Assembly: GCF_002571385.2 (NCBI RefSeq)
Contig: NW_019217810.1
Span: 35,052-99,051 of the forward strand
Source of the DNA: Stylophora pistillata
Taxonomy: Eukaryota
Direction: 5' to 3'
DNA: 64,000 bases
Below the pieces are notes generated by a model. That model made no database searches, was not told the DNA's origin, and worked only from the letters and a program-made list of their open reading frames with translations. This document shows positions 36,439-47,773 of this stretch, piece by piece. How positions within the stretch are numbered: position 1 is the first letter of the stretch; every line of letters begins with the position of its first letter. The position numbers were made by a program, and so were the translations under genes.

Positions 36439-37760
36439 CCTTTTACCCTACATGACAAAGCCTTTTACCTTACATGACAGAAATTTGGGACGTGCCAATT
36501 AATGTTTATTTTTTCTTTTAATTTTTTTTACAATGAAATGCATACTTTCAATATGTCGCGTTACTTAAAAAGTACATACTAAAATGCCTCCCTATAAGCT
36601 TTATTTTGATTGGGATAAAATAAACAATAAATTACAAGATCAAACATTCAAACAGACAAAAGCACTTGATTTGTCGTCTGCGGTCACAGAGCAGGTGCAT
36701 CAGATAAAGAAAGGCCGTCGAACAAATAAAAGATCTTTTTCATTTTATTTACAATTCATTTATGATTAAGTTTTGCCGCAACAAAGCGAAAAAACAATTC
36801 GAATAATTAGACCTGATGGCTGGATAGACACCTCAATCTTATTATCAATTTAATCTCTTTAAGATTAAAAAGGCTTTTCAGTTTAAGCAACATTATAATG
36901 TCTGGATTTTCTTCTCTGTCGAGCGGCGCTAAGTATTTAGCACGCTACAAAAGGTAAATTAAAGTTTAAATTCAAAAAGAAAAAAAAATGAAAGTTTGAA
37001 AAGTAAAAAAGATAATTACTATCTCGTTAATTAACAACTGTTTCCTTATTATCGCGTCAAATTGAAATAAAAATTGTGCTATTTCTTTGCTTGAGTATTA
37101 CCGATAGCAGCTTTTTCGTATTAAATGAAATATGCTTTAAAATTGATCTGGTTTAAATCGCTTATATAAACTAGAACTCACCGACGATGCAGGCGATTTG
37201 CACATTCTACATATTATCAATATCGCATAGTGGCGATAGGATCCTGTGGGATCCTATAAAACTTGCACCAACGAACACAGGCAAAACTATGAGACAACCC
37301 GTTTAATTACGTGAAATCATTGGTTCAGATCTAGACGTTTCAGCGACAAATCTTATTATCGTATTAAATTAAACTTTTTTGCAGTATCACTATTTATAGT
37401 TTAAACAGACACAACCATACACCTTTATTTTATCAAAAACATTAGTTGTTTTGAATATCCTGTTTAATCATGGTGAAACTCCCATAGTTTTCTATGTACT
37501 TTGAAAGAGCTGTTACGATATCGAAGCAAGCCAAGTAGGTTGAAAAATTCTCTAGAATTCGACCAACGCACTTTTCTATTTTAAAAGCGTTAGACAGTCA
37601 TCATTGTTAGCATACCCCTGTTAGGGGATAAGACGAGTGGAATATTAATTAAATCCATTTGAATAAACTCTTCTGTCTTTGATTAAAACACAGCGCTTAC
37701 AACAACAAACAAAGTAAATATATAGTTCGCTTTAAGCGATCAGCTTGCTCTCGTCTCAAA

Positions 37761-38924
37761 ATGACGCTAGAAACAGCCTCCATCGTCGAGGCAGCCGTGC
37801 TTATTTTCATCTGCGCAACTTCTATTCTGGGCAATATTAGTTTGTTTTTTGTCTTCACCAGACGAAAAAATCTTCGCACCATCTCCAATGGTTTTCTTCT
37901 GAACCTCGCATTTGCTGATCTACTCGTGTCCGTGTTAAACATGCCAATAACTGTGGTCACTATCATCAAAGAACGTTGGATTTTTGGAGACACTGCCTGC
38001 GTTTTCTTTGGATTTATCACGATGCTTTCGTTTGTTTCATCGGTGATGTCGCTTGCTATGATAGCTATCAACAGATATTATTACGTAGTGCAGTGGAAGA
38101 CATACTCCATCACCTTCACACCGAAAAGGTCGGCTTTGTTTGCCGCAGTCGTGTGGTTAATATCTGTTTTATTATCCGTCCCACCGTTGTTTGGCTGGGC
38201 GGTATATCGTTATATTCCTGGGAAATCTTACTGTTTCGTTTTCTGGCCTTCTGATGTTTATTATATGTATTTTATGTTAACGATATGTTTCTTCGGTCCC
38301 TTAATTGCCATGTGTGTATCTTATTTTAAAATTTTAAACTTCACAAGGGAAGCAAAACGAAGGGTTAACCACTGGCAAAAAAATGTAATACAGCAACCTC
38401 AGGAAATAGAAGAAAATGGCATTGCTTCTCATGAAAAGCGTAGAAATTTCTTCAAAATGACTCAAGAAGAAGTGAAAATCACAAACACTTTGCTAATAGT
38501 GGTTGCCTGTTTCATGGCTTGTTGGGCGCCATTTGCTATCACAATGTTCATTGATGTTTATCATCCTCGTCCATTGCCAAGAGCAATTGACATCGGAACA
38601 CTGTTGCTTGGTTACGCGAACAGTATGTGCAACCCTGTTGTGTATGGAATAAGGAATCAAGCTTTCAAAAGAGAAATTATTAAGCTTGTCACAGGCTGTA
38701 ATTGTGCCCGTTTTCGTGCAACTAAAGTGGTTAACGTGAACACTTTTCAAGTCAATTCCCTGATGGCTTGCCAGATGAACAAGGTTCAAGCGCCAGTGAT
38801 GCTGGAAGTATCAAAACTGTTCATTGAAAGAGTGAGCGAAGAATCGAACTCACTAAGCTTTTTATCTTCGCCTAAGAACGTAGAGAATTTGACAGACAGC
38901 ACTCATATTGATCAAGATAAATAG
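37761..38924 (+). CDS. Class A (rhodopsin-like) GPCR, copy 1, NRY type, 387 aa
   Basis: Seven hydrophobic segments with GN (TM1), NLAFAD (TM2), WIFG..C, INRY (TM3), CWAP (TM6) and NSMCNPVVY (TM7). Single coding exon. Confidence 0.95.
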   Translation: MTLETASIVEAAVLIFICATSILGNISLFFVFTRRKNLRTISNGFLLNLAFADLLVSVLNMPITVVTIIKERWIFGDTACVFFGFITMLSFVSSVMSLAMIAINRYYYVVQWKTYSITFTPKRSALFAAVVWLISVLLSVPPLFGWAVYRYIPGKSYCFVFWPSDVYYMYFMLTICFFGPLIAMCVSYFKILNFTREAKRRVNHWQKNVIQQPQEIEENGIASHEKRRNFFKMTQEEVKITNTLLIVVACFMACWAPFAITMFIDVYHPRPLPRAIDIGTLLLGYANSMCNPVVYGIRNQAFKREIIKLVTGCNCARFRATKVVNVNTFQVNSLMACQMNKVQAPVMLEVSKLFIERVSEESNSLSFLSSPKNVENLTDSTHIDQDK

Positions 38925-39084
38925 GATCAGCTGAATCTTCTTACTTTTCTCATCTCAAAGTTAATAATAATAGTAATAATAATAATAATAATGATAATAA
39001 TAATAATAATAATAACGGTTTATTCACAGTATATCCACATAAAAGGTGTGGCTCTTCATCTGTGAAGGCCTACGATACTAATAT

Positions 39085-39400
39085 ATATAATTTATCAACC
39101 AAGTGCGAGGGCCGTACTGGGAGAATAACGGCCCGAGGTCTTGACAGTACGGACCGAGCGCAGCGAGGTCCGTACATATAAGACCGAGGGCCGATATTCT
39201 TCCAGTATGGTCCCGAGCAAGCTTGGTTAATAAGAGATTTATTATACGACTGAAGTTCAAAGGGACACAAGTGCGGTATCATTCGGGACCATTCGGGACT
39301 GTGCCCGGTCCAATATTGAGAGAATATTGACCGGCAATAGAGCATCTTGATTGGTTGATTTTAGTTATTGGCCCTCTGACTGCCCGAGTCGTGTAATAAT
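39085..39400. mobile_element. Hairpin-ended non-autonomous element (possibly Crypton-like)
   Basis: Long hairpin 39090-39235 centred on ggacc-ga-gc-gca-gc-ga-ggtcc. Inverted repeat ttattatacgact / agtcgtgtaataa; tgattgg box. Confidence 0.7.
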
Positions 39401-40657
39401 TAATATTAAAACTAAATTATAATGACTAACTAAATTGTAATAAATACTATACATGAAAGTAAATATGTTATGTTAGGACTGGAATTTCGAGTGGCTGTTG
39501 TGATATAAAAAAAAATATACCCTACATATCATGCATGACATTTTATCAAGAAGATTTCTTTTTCGTTAGAGTAGAAAAACACCAAAGAGGTAAGGATTGC
39601 CTAGGCGGGAATAACGATTGTTGAAGATAAAGAGGATTTAACTGGTTAGGGGGTAAAAGCGGCGTTATTGGCTTCCCATAAAATAGCAATTATTTCCATC
39701 CTTTAGACAAGTGCTATACTTTACGGAGTAAAAGTTTTTAATTGAACTAATGTGATAAATTTATACGCCCTCCCCATTAGGAAAAAATGGATAATAAGCT
39801 GTTGCAGTATTGAGCAAAAAAGAACAACATATCTTTCATATAATGACCTGCGTCAGGTTATTGCTGAAACATGTAATACCGGCTCCTATATGCTTACGAG
39901 CTCGTCATTGTTTTCGGAAAAGTGTATTTTTACAGTTGACAACTATGTGAAAGTAAGCTGTTATACTAAGTAAAAACAAATTAATCATTAGACATTTACA
40001 ATTGGTGTCAGGTTGACCGAATAGCTGGGCTTATGCGAGAAAATTCATGGCTTGGCTTGACTGTATTTTGTTGACAAATGATTAACTAAAGGAAAATGAT
40101 AATAAAGTGTCGCGACTTCCTTCCGATGTGGTCACCTGACATGCAGAAAGAGAATTCAATCTCGTCTCTAACGATCTGTAAGTTAAATCTATCGAAGAAA
40201 ACAAAGTGAGCTGCATTGTGAGGCCACGTGTCACTGATACATATAGGCTCAACGAAGCTTTTAGAAAATTATAAACTTTTTGATGATGATTGTGAAATAT
40301 GTTCTCCACTTTCTCTACCTCCCTTGTGAGTTTGTTGTCACACACAACTGTTATATAGAAGCGAGAAACCAAATCACATAGAGCTATGAGAGCTTGCTTT
40401 GCAACAGCACGGAAGCCGCTCGTCATACAGAGACCTGTCCGCCAAAAGGTTACGGAGAAAGATATTCAGTTGATAAATAGTCGGTCCTCTAATAAGTGTA
40501 GTATGGTAACGCTGAGTGGAAAAGCTGAGCAAGCCACCAACGTTTTTGCAGAAAGCACACTGAGTCTGCATCTTTCTTTTTGATTTTTCTTTATTCTCTG
40601 TGGTATCTATGATCAATGAATCACTACTGCCATATCATCTACTACTGCTTTCTAACC

Positions 40658-40910
40658 TTCTCGGACAAGGACGACAAAACCGTAGGCCACCGTCTTCTGC
40701 ATCTTCTCTGTACTGGTTAGCAGGGGACGTTAAAGAACCCACGCAGTTATCGCAAAGAGTAGGGAACGTAGCTCCCGGTGTTGTGGTCTGGCCTGTTTAC
40801 TGAAATTGGCCCAGTAGGGGATAGGGAAAGGTAATTTACCTAATAGGGGACAACCCTGTCCTCGTGCAAATTTACCTGCCTTTGGCTAATTGTTGAATAC
40901 AAATACAAAT
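40658..40910 (+). mobile_element. SINE 3' part resembling the Deu/Nin conserved central domain
   Basis: tcggacaaggacgacaaaaccgtaggcc..ggacgttaaagaaccca..aagagtaggg..ctcccggtg..tggcc parallels the Deu-domain consensus (from memory). Ends in an aatacaaatacaaat tail. Confidence 0.6.
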
Positions 40911-42722
40911 ATATTAGTGTTTACCACACAAACGAATAGCGAGAAGCGGCTTTTCGCGCGCGCTGATTGGCTAATTCAGAAGTGAATAACAACTACTATT
41001 CACCTCCGAGCAGCCGATGAGACGAAATCGCGCTTCAAGAGTTTCATTTCCGACCATTTCTTGTGCCGGTGAAAGTGGTGGCCTATCAGTTTGCAACAAC
41101 ACACTCTAATGATCAACACTTGCAACTTTTTTGATTGTTTAAACTGTGTTTTCTAACTATTTTTTGTCGATGTAGCTAAGAGTTATCTAATCACCTACTG
41201 AACTTCACAGATCAATTCAAACTCCTTTTCTCCATCCTTTTACCACCTCGTCGCTAATTTCTACATTGAAAATCACCTACACTCAACGCAACTATTAAAA
41301 TGGTAATAGCCCCTTCAAAAGAACCAAATAATTTTACAAATAATGATATGATAGAAATCAAGTAAGCTACGAAATTTTTTTTAATCTTGTGTTTTTTTTG
41401 TTTCAAACCAAGCGATGATGACCAAGAGACTTGGAATGCAAATCAGGCAGAAGGTTGATCCTCTGTTTATTTTTTTTTCCTCCAACATAGATTGGAATCG
41501 TAGCCTAACTGCTACGAAAAAACTGTTGTTGTTTCATGTTCATTTTCTAAAAACTTCGGCCGTGCATGTATCCAGCAAACTCTCTAAAAAACATTTCATC
41601 ATTTGAGTAACATTTCCAATCATTGTTTTAACAGATCGTTAACAGATGGGAAAAAAAGAAGAGTGCAACTTTATCAAGGCTGCTAAGCGATATTCAAATT
41701 GGCAGGGCATTTATCTAAATGATTAGCACATTTGAGGACAATTTTTGTATTTGAAAGGTTTGTCATCGAGAGAGTACAAAACACATATATTCAGTGTCAT
41801 AACTTCATATATACTTCATAACTATGGAGATAATGTAAAGAAAAGATAACTTGGCTTTTAAATATAAAGTGGTTACCTAACGTGGTGGTTACCTAAAAAA
41901 AACATTTCATCATACGCCAACTAAACATGATAGATCCTTTTAATGAGGGAGCATTTAATTTAGAAATGTATACATCTGAGGAAAAATTAAAACTCGCCAC
42001 CAGCAATACAGTGATTGGCTACTGAGTTATTATTCTGTGTCTTTGCAAGGCAGTGTCATCAATGTTTCTTAATCTGAATCGATCCCTCCCTCTATCTAAT
42101 TTCAATGTTTCACATTACCATATTGTTGTCTGTTTACCTTCAGCTTTAAATTTATTAAAGGGAGTTGATATCATTGATATAATTCGAAGTGACCAGTCTA
42201 AAGCAGTTTATACATGTTTCATGATTTCTTTTCGCTTCTTTGCCTTTTCGCCTCAGAATAAGAGTTTAAAACACAAATAGTATGAAAGCATAACTTGTTT
42301 GCGACCATCTATTCTAAGTGACGTATTCAGGAAAAACGTGGAAACAAATGAATGAGATAGATAATTACCGAACTAGTGGTAATTATGTCAACAATATGCA
42401 AGTGGACACGTTTTATTATTTTTTTTTTTATTTTTTATTTCTGTACGTAACGAAAAACAAATTTATACGATAGGAAGATATTGAAAAAAACTGACATAAT
42501 TCCAGGTGCTGACCAGGTGGGAAGTGAAATGAATTCGCCATTGTCGAGGCCTCATTTTGTTCCATAGAAAGCTTAACTTAGGGCCTGGTAGGAGGTAAGC
42601 ACCGTAATATACGCCTCATAAATGTTAATTAGCTCGATAGAAATCCATGTACGAAACACGTCTATAAACAAACAGCCTAAATGGTGTAACTCTGACATAT
42701 TGTGACACTTTTAGTATCCAAA

Positions 42723-43802
42723 ATGACGCCCAAAACAAGTGCGATCATCGAAGCCTCCATTCTAGCTGTTATATGTGCATTGTCTGTTTTTGGAAATATC
42801 ACTTTGTTTGTAATACTCTTGAGAAGACGAACCCTTCGCACCATCTCCAATGGTTTTCTTCTCAACCTCGCATTCGCTGATTTACTCGTGACCCTGTCAA
42901 ACATGCCCATAGCTGTGGTCACCATTATTAGCGAAAATTGGGTTTTTGGAGATGCTGCCTGCGTTTTCTTTGGATTCATCGCGATGGTTTCGTTTGTTTC
43001 ATCGGTGATGTCGCTGGCTATGATAGCTATCAATAGATATTATTACGTGGTGCATTGGAAAAACTACTTATCTATTTTTACGCCGAGAAAGTCCCTCCTG
43101 TTTGCGGGAGTCGTGTGGTTGATATCTGTGTTATTATCAATCCCACCGCTGTTTGGCTGGGCAAAATATAGTTATATTCCCGGGAAATCTCTCTGTTTCG
43201 TATTCTGGCCTTCTGATGTTTATTATATGTATTTTATGCTTATCATATGCTTCTTCGGCCCTCTAACTGTTATATGCATAACATACATCAAAATTCTAAA
43301 ATTTACCAGGCAAGCTAAGCAGCAGATGAATCGACATGGGGAAAAAAACGGATCACAAGAGGATACGAGCCAAAAAATGGAGGGAAAGAGAAGACGTACA
43401 AGAACTTCTCAAGAGGAAGCCAAAATCACAAACACTTTAGTGATCGTTGTTGCTTGTTTCGTAGCTTGTTGGGCGCCTTTCGCCGTCACCATGTTTATAG
43501 ATGTCTATTTAACATCTTCGCGCATGCCCAGATCAATTGATATCAGCACATTGTTGCTTGGTTATGCCAACAGCATGTGCAACCCCTTTGTGTATGGGAT
43601 AAGGAATCAAACGTTCAGACGGGAACTTATTCAATTAATTACGATCTGCCGGAGACCTAACAGAGTTTTTGTAAGGAAAGTAACTCGCTCATCTCAAAGG
43701 AGAGCTTCAACTGAGATCAGGAATGCTAAAGAAATGAGAGTGCCTGGTCTACCGTGCCTCAACGCATCAGCCAAAGAGACTGCTTCGTCTTCTTTATCTT
43801 GA
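42723..43802 (+). CDS. Class A GPCR, copy 2, 359 aa
   Basis: Same motifs as copy 1. The ATG at 42723 (MTPKTSAIIEA) aligns with the starts of copies 1 and 3. Confidence 0.95.
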   Translation: MTPKTSAIIEASILAVICALSVFGNITLFVILLRRRTLRTISNGFLLNLAFADLLVTLSNMPIAVVTIISENWVFGDAACVFFGFIAMVSFVSSVMSLAMIAINRYYYVVHWKNYLSIFTPRKSLLFAGVVWLISVLLSIPPLFGWAKYSYIPGKSLCFVFWPSDVYYMYFMLIICFFGPLTVICITYIKILKFTRQAKQQMNRHGEKNGSQEDTSQKMEGKRRRTRTSQEEAKITNTLVIVVACFVACWAPFAVTMFIDVYLTSSRMPRSIDISTLLLGYANSMCNPFVYGIRNQTFRRELIQLITICRRPNRVFVRKVTRSSQRRASTEIRNAKEMRVPGLPCLNASAKETASSSLS

Positions 43803-45174
43803 CATTTGATTTTCTCGCCGAAGGAAGGACCCAGGACTCGCGGACAGAAGCAGCAGATCAATTTCACTCATGCAGGAAAGCATGAATTTTGTATCCGAAT
43901 TTCGATTAATTATTTCACTATTGATATCAGTAAACTATACATGTTTTGTTTTAGTGTAGACGATATTTTTATGTGGATGAGATCCAACTTGGTGCAAATG
44001 TATTTTGTTTGAATTGGTGTCATTCAACAAAATCTTACTAATTGAAGCTGTTCGATATCATAATTACGGGGAGCACCTGCTCTGCAACCACAAGATAATA
44101 GTGTCTAATCTGTTTGGTTTTCGTAGCGAAAAAGAATTATCGAACGCCGATAGATGAACTTATTTTCGCTTTCAGTTCTATAACCATGGGCTATTGGAAT
44201 AGAGACTTCTTATTAGGACGAGTTTATTTTGACCCCCAAAGGGACTATGGAAAGAAAAAATGACTCAAGGCGCAAGCACCTTGCAAGCTTGCCACCCACG
44301 TTTTGCAATGTTGTCTGCTGCGTCTCGGGTTTGCGTAACTTTGTATAGAGCTCACAGCCCCCTTTATTTTTAGATGAGGCTATGTAAACACAGAAAAAGT
44401 TCCCTATTGATTTGTTCAAATATGGATTTGAGCCACTGGAAAACTTCATGTGCTCTAAACTTGTTTTCTCGAGATGAGTGTACGCGCGCATATTTTGTTT
44501 TCGTTTTTGTATCCTTTACAGTCTTTAGAAGTTTTCTGCCTTTGCTGGTGTTATAGAAAGTAAAAAATTATCGTTACAGACTAAAAAGAATGACATAAAA
44601 AAAAATAAAGTTAGAAAAGGTTTAAACTTTCTCTTAAAGCCTAAATCTGGAAAACTCAATTAAATTTTTGAAGGACACAACCCGAGCGACTGAAGCTGTC
44701 TGAAGACTGTCAGTATAATCTTTAATCTAAATCTCAAATTGGAGGCAACAATCCTGCATGTGGAACAAAACTTTTAGCCGATTGGTCAAATATTCTATTT
44801 TTTATTTTCTTCCAAAAGAAAAAAACATAATATGGCGTATTCATTTTCCAGTAAGGTCTTATATGAAATAGGTCACACAAAATATATTTTTGAAATTGCC
44901 GGGGTTTTGTCGTTTGATTACAAAGTCGATTCGATTCAAGTAGATCTGATACTAACTGCAATTCCTTCGATACAAGTAGAAAGTCCAATTACTGTTTCAC
45001 TAGTATGTATCAAAATGACTGAATTTGTATCGAAACGACTTTGTTCATGTATTGAATGGATTTCAGGGTGTATGAAATCGACTTGTATCGAAATTACCGT
45101 GAACAAAATTACCTTACTTTGGCGAGGAGATCTTCAAATCCTTAGTAAGGATAGCGACTTGAAGAATAAATATA

Positions 45175-45198
45175 TTTTATTAGATGTTTTGTTGTCAG

Positions 45199-45239
<41 letters not shown>

Positions 45240-46190
45240 TCGCCCTACGGGCTCGTCAAATACAAATAACGAGTAAAAATACTCAGCGATGCGACACAAA
45301 AAAACCTATAATAAGTTATATATTCTTCAACACGCCAAACTGTTTTTTCAGTGCGGGCGAATTTCGCGGATATTTATTTATGGGAGTGCGTGACAGAAGT
45401 ACGCGAAGCGGAACGGAATTAGCGCGTTGTCGTGTTACTGTTTCTATTTTCTTCACTAACTCATGAAATTTCATGGTCGTCTAACTGCTTTACTTCGTTA
45501 GATTTATCTAATAAACTTTGATCAATATTTACCAGCCATTCCGGCTCTTCGTCGTCTGAAAAGTGATTCAAATTGTCCGTAATTTTTTTTTCGCAACTTC
45601 AATCCAATTCTTCGCTTGCGGGATGCGAGAAAACCTGTCTAACCGGTTCTCTGGAGTACAATTACCGCGTGATATTTGTACTTGTCTATGGAGTTATTTG
45701 TACTCTACGGAGTGTAGTTGGATAATAGAAGGTATAGATGACGGCTTAAAGCGCCAGCGGATCACAGTTGCTCGCCAACTATCATTCTATCGTTTTGCTA
45801 CGTGGATCCGGCGGGAATTTCGGCCGATGTTCAACGATGGATAATTTTGGCTTTCGTCTTCGCTCTGAGGGACTTCCTTCTTCCTTTGTGGCTCTTTTGT
45901 TTTCTTCTCTTAGCCAAAACTATATGGTAAAATTAAATTTCTTTCCAGATGTAAGTGGAGACTTTCCGACCTACGAGTTAGTTCTTAGAGCTCATCAGTG
46001 TATTCTGTATTGTCAGTACTAGATTACGGAAGCAGTGATTCGCGTGTTACGTGCAAAGACACCTCAGACACCAAATAATTGGCACAAGGCTTGAAGTGTT
46101 TGTGATCTGCACATAAATCCATTAAAAAAATGATATGTGTTGAAGAGGCATCGTATTTTTTCATTTCATATTGTGTTGAAGAGGCATCGA
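45175..46190. mobile_element. Hairpin-ended non-autonomous element (possibly Crypton-like)
   Basis: Hairpin 45177-45314 centred on tgac-tc-gccc-tac-gggc-tc-gtca. Inverted repeat tcttcaacac (45324) versus gtgttgaaga (~46137 and 46173). Confidence 0.6.
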
Positions 46191-46748
46191 GAATCTTTTA
46201 TTTATGAGCTATAAATAAATTTTTGCACCTGCATGTTGAATGATATAAGTAAAAGCTTTCGAATTGAAAGAGACCTAGACCTGAAACGATTTTAAAATTA
46301 ATCCTTTTTTTAAAAGTCTGTATTTGGTAGCCGGTTCTTTTGCTTGGTCTTTTAGTCGTGAATCAACACACCGAACGTGCATTATCAACAATACTGACAA
46401 ATTTCAATCATCCTCCGCCGAAAGACACCGCCTCGCCCTACCTTATCTGCCTTTATATTGGAAGCCACAGAAATACCCTATTATGACTAACTCTTTCCGG
46501 CGCCTAACAACACCATTCAAAAATTGTACTTTTTATTAGACAAAAGCTTAATGGCGAAGAAGGGAGGATAAAAAAAGGAATATACAGTAAAGAATTGGGA
46601 ATCAAATTTAGGATTCCACCTGTACAAACCGTCAGTGTTTTCTTACGGCGCTCATTTTCATATTGCCTGGATAATTGGCGTCAACTGGCGACTTTCATAA
46701 AGAAGATTTGTCTTTAGACATTAACGCTTTGGGGTAAATGAAGGCAAA

Positions 46749-47773
46749 ATGACGCAAAAGTTGAGCACGATCATCGAGGCCATAGTTCTCATTCTCGTCT
46801 GTGGAGTTTCCTCTTTGGGAAATGCAACTTTATTTTTTGTCTTCACTCGAAAGAAACATCTTCGCACCATCTCCAATGGTTTTCTACTCAACCTCGCATT
46901 CGCTGATTTACTCGTGTCCCTGTTAAACATGCCAATAACTGTGGTCACTATCATCAAAGAACGTTGGATTTTTGGAGATACTGCCTGCGTTTGTTTTGGA
47001 TTCATTACGATGCTTTCGTTTGTATCATCGGTGATGTCGCTTGCTATGATAGCTATTAACAGGTATTATTACGTACGTACGTAGTACAGTGGAAAAATTA
47101 CGCAAACATTTTTACAACAAGAAAGGCGTTCCTGTTTGCGGGAATCCTCTGGTTAATAACTGTGTTATTATCTGCCCCACCGTTGCTTGGCTGGGCAGAA
47201 TATCGTTATATTCCCGGAAAATCTTACTGTTTTGTAGCTTGGCCTTCTAATGTTTATTACATGTATTTCATGATAGTAATATGTTTTTGTGGTCCTCTTC
47301 TCGCCATGTCTTTCTCTTACTTTAAAATTTTAAAGTTAACTAGGGAGGCCGCACGACGGCTAAATCAACAAAGAGATAACATTCGGGAAAACGAAGAATT
47401 GGGCTCCAAAAGAGAACATGCGGCTGTAAACACTTGGCATCGTGAAAGAAATAAAACGTCCTTTAAGATGTCGCAAGAAGAAATTAAGCTCACCAATACT
47501 TTATTAATTGTTGTTGCCTGTTTTATGGCTTGTTGGGCGCCGTTTGTAATAACAATGTTTTTGGACGTTTACTCTTTTCACCCACTTCCAAGAGCTGTGG
47601 ACGTTGGTACATTATTGTTAGGTTACGCGAACAGTATGTGCAACCCCATGGTATATGGAATAAGGAATCCAGTTTTTAGAAGAGAACTAGCAAGCTTGTT
47701 TTCGTCATGTACTGAAAACAGGAAAGTTCATGCAAGTCACCCAGTAGTTGCATTTACTGAGAACAAGAAGTGA
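46749..47773 (+). pseudogene. Class A GPCR, copy 3, frameshifted by an 8-bp ACGT duplication
   Basis: tattattACGTACGTacgtagtacagtgg versus tattattacgtagtgcagtgg in copy 1. Removing 8 nt at 47071-47078 joins ORFs 46749-47084 and 47162-47773 into a full 7TM receptor. Confidence 0.85.

Noticed and set aside
37697-47005. Recurrent minus-strand ORFs (37697-38071, 42677-43033, 46721-47005)
   Set aside because: Antisense shadows of the conserved GPCR coding sequence.
37761-47773. Opsins or true melatonin receptors
   Set aside because: The retinal-binding Lys position in TM7 is Tyr (GYANSMCNP), and TM7 has NPxxY rather than the NAxxY of vertebrate melatonin receptors. No ligand can be assigned.
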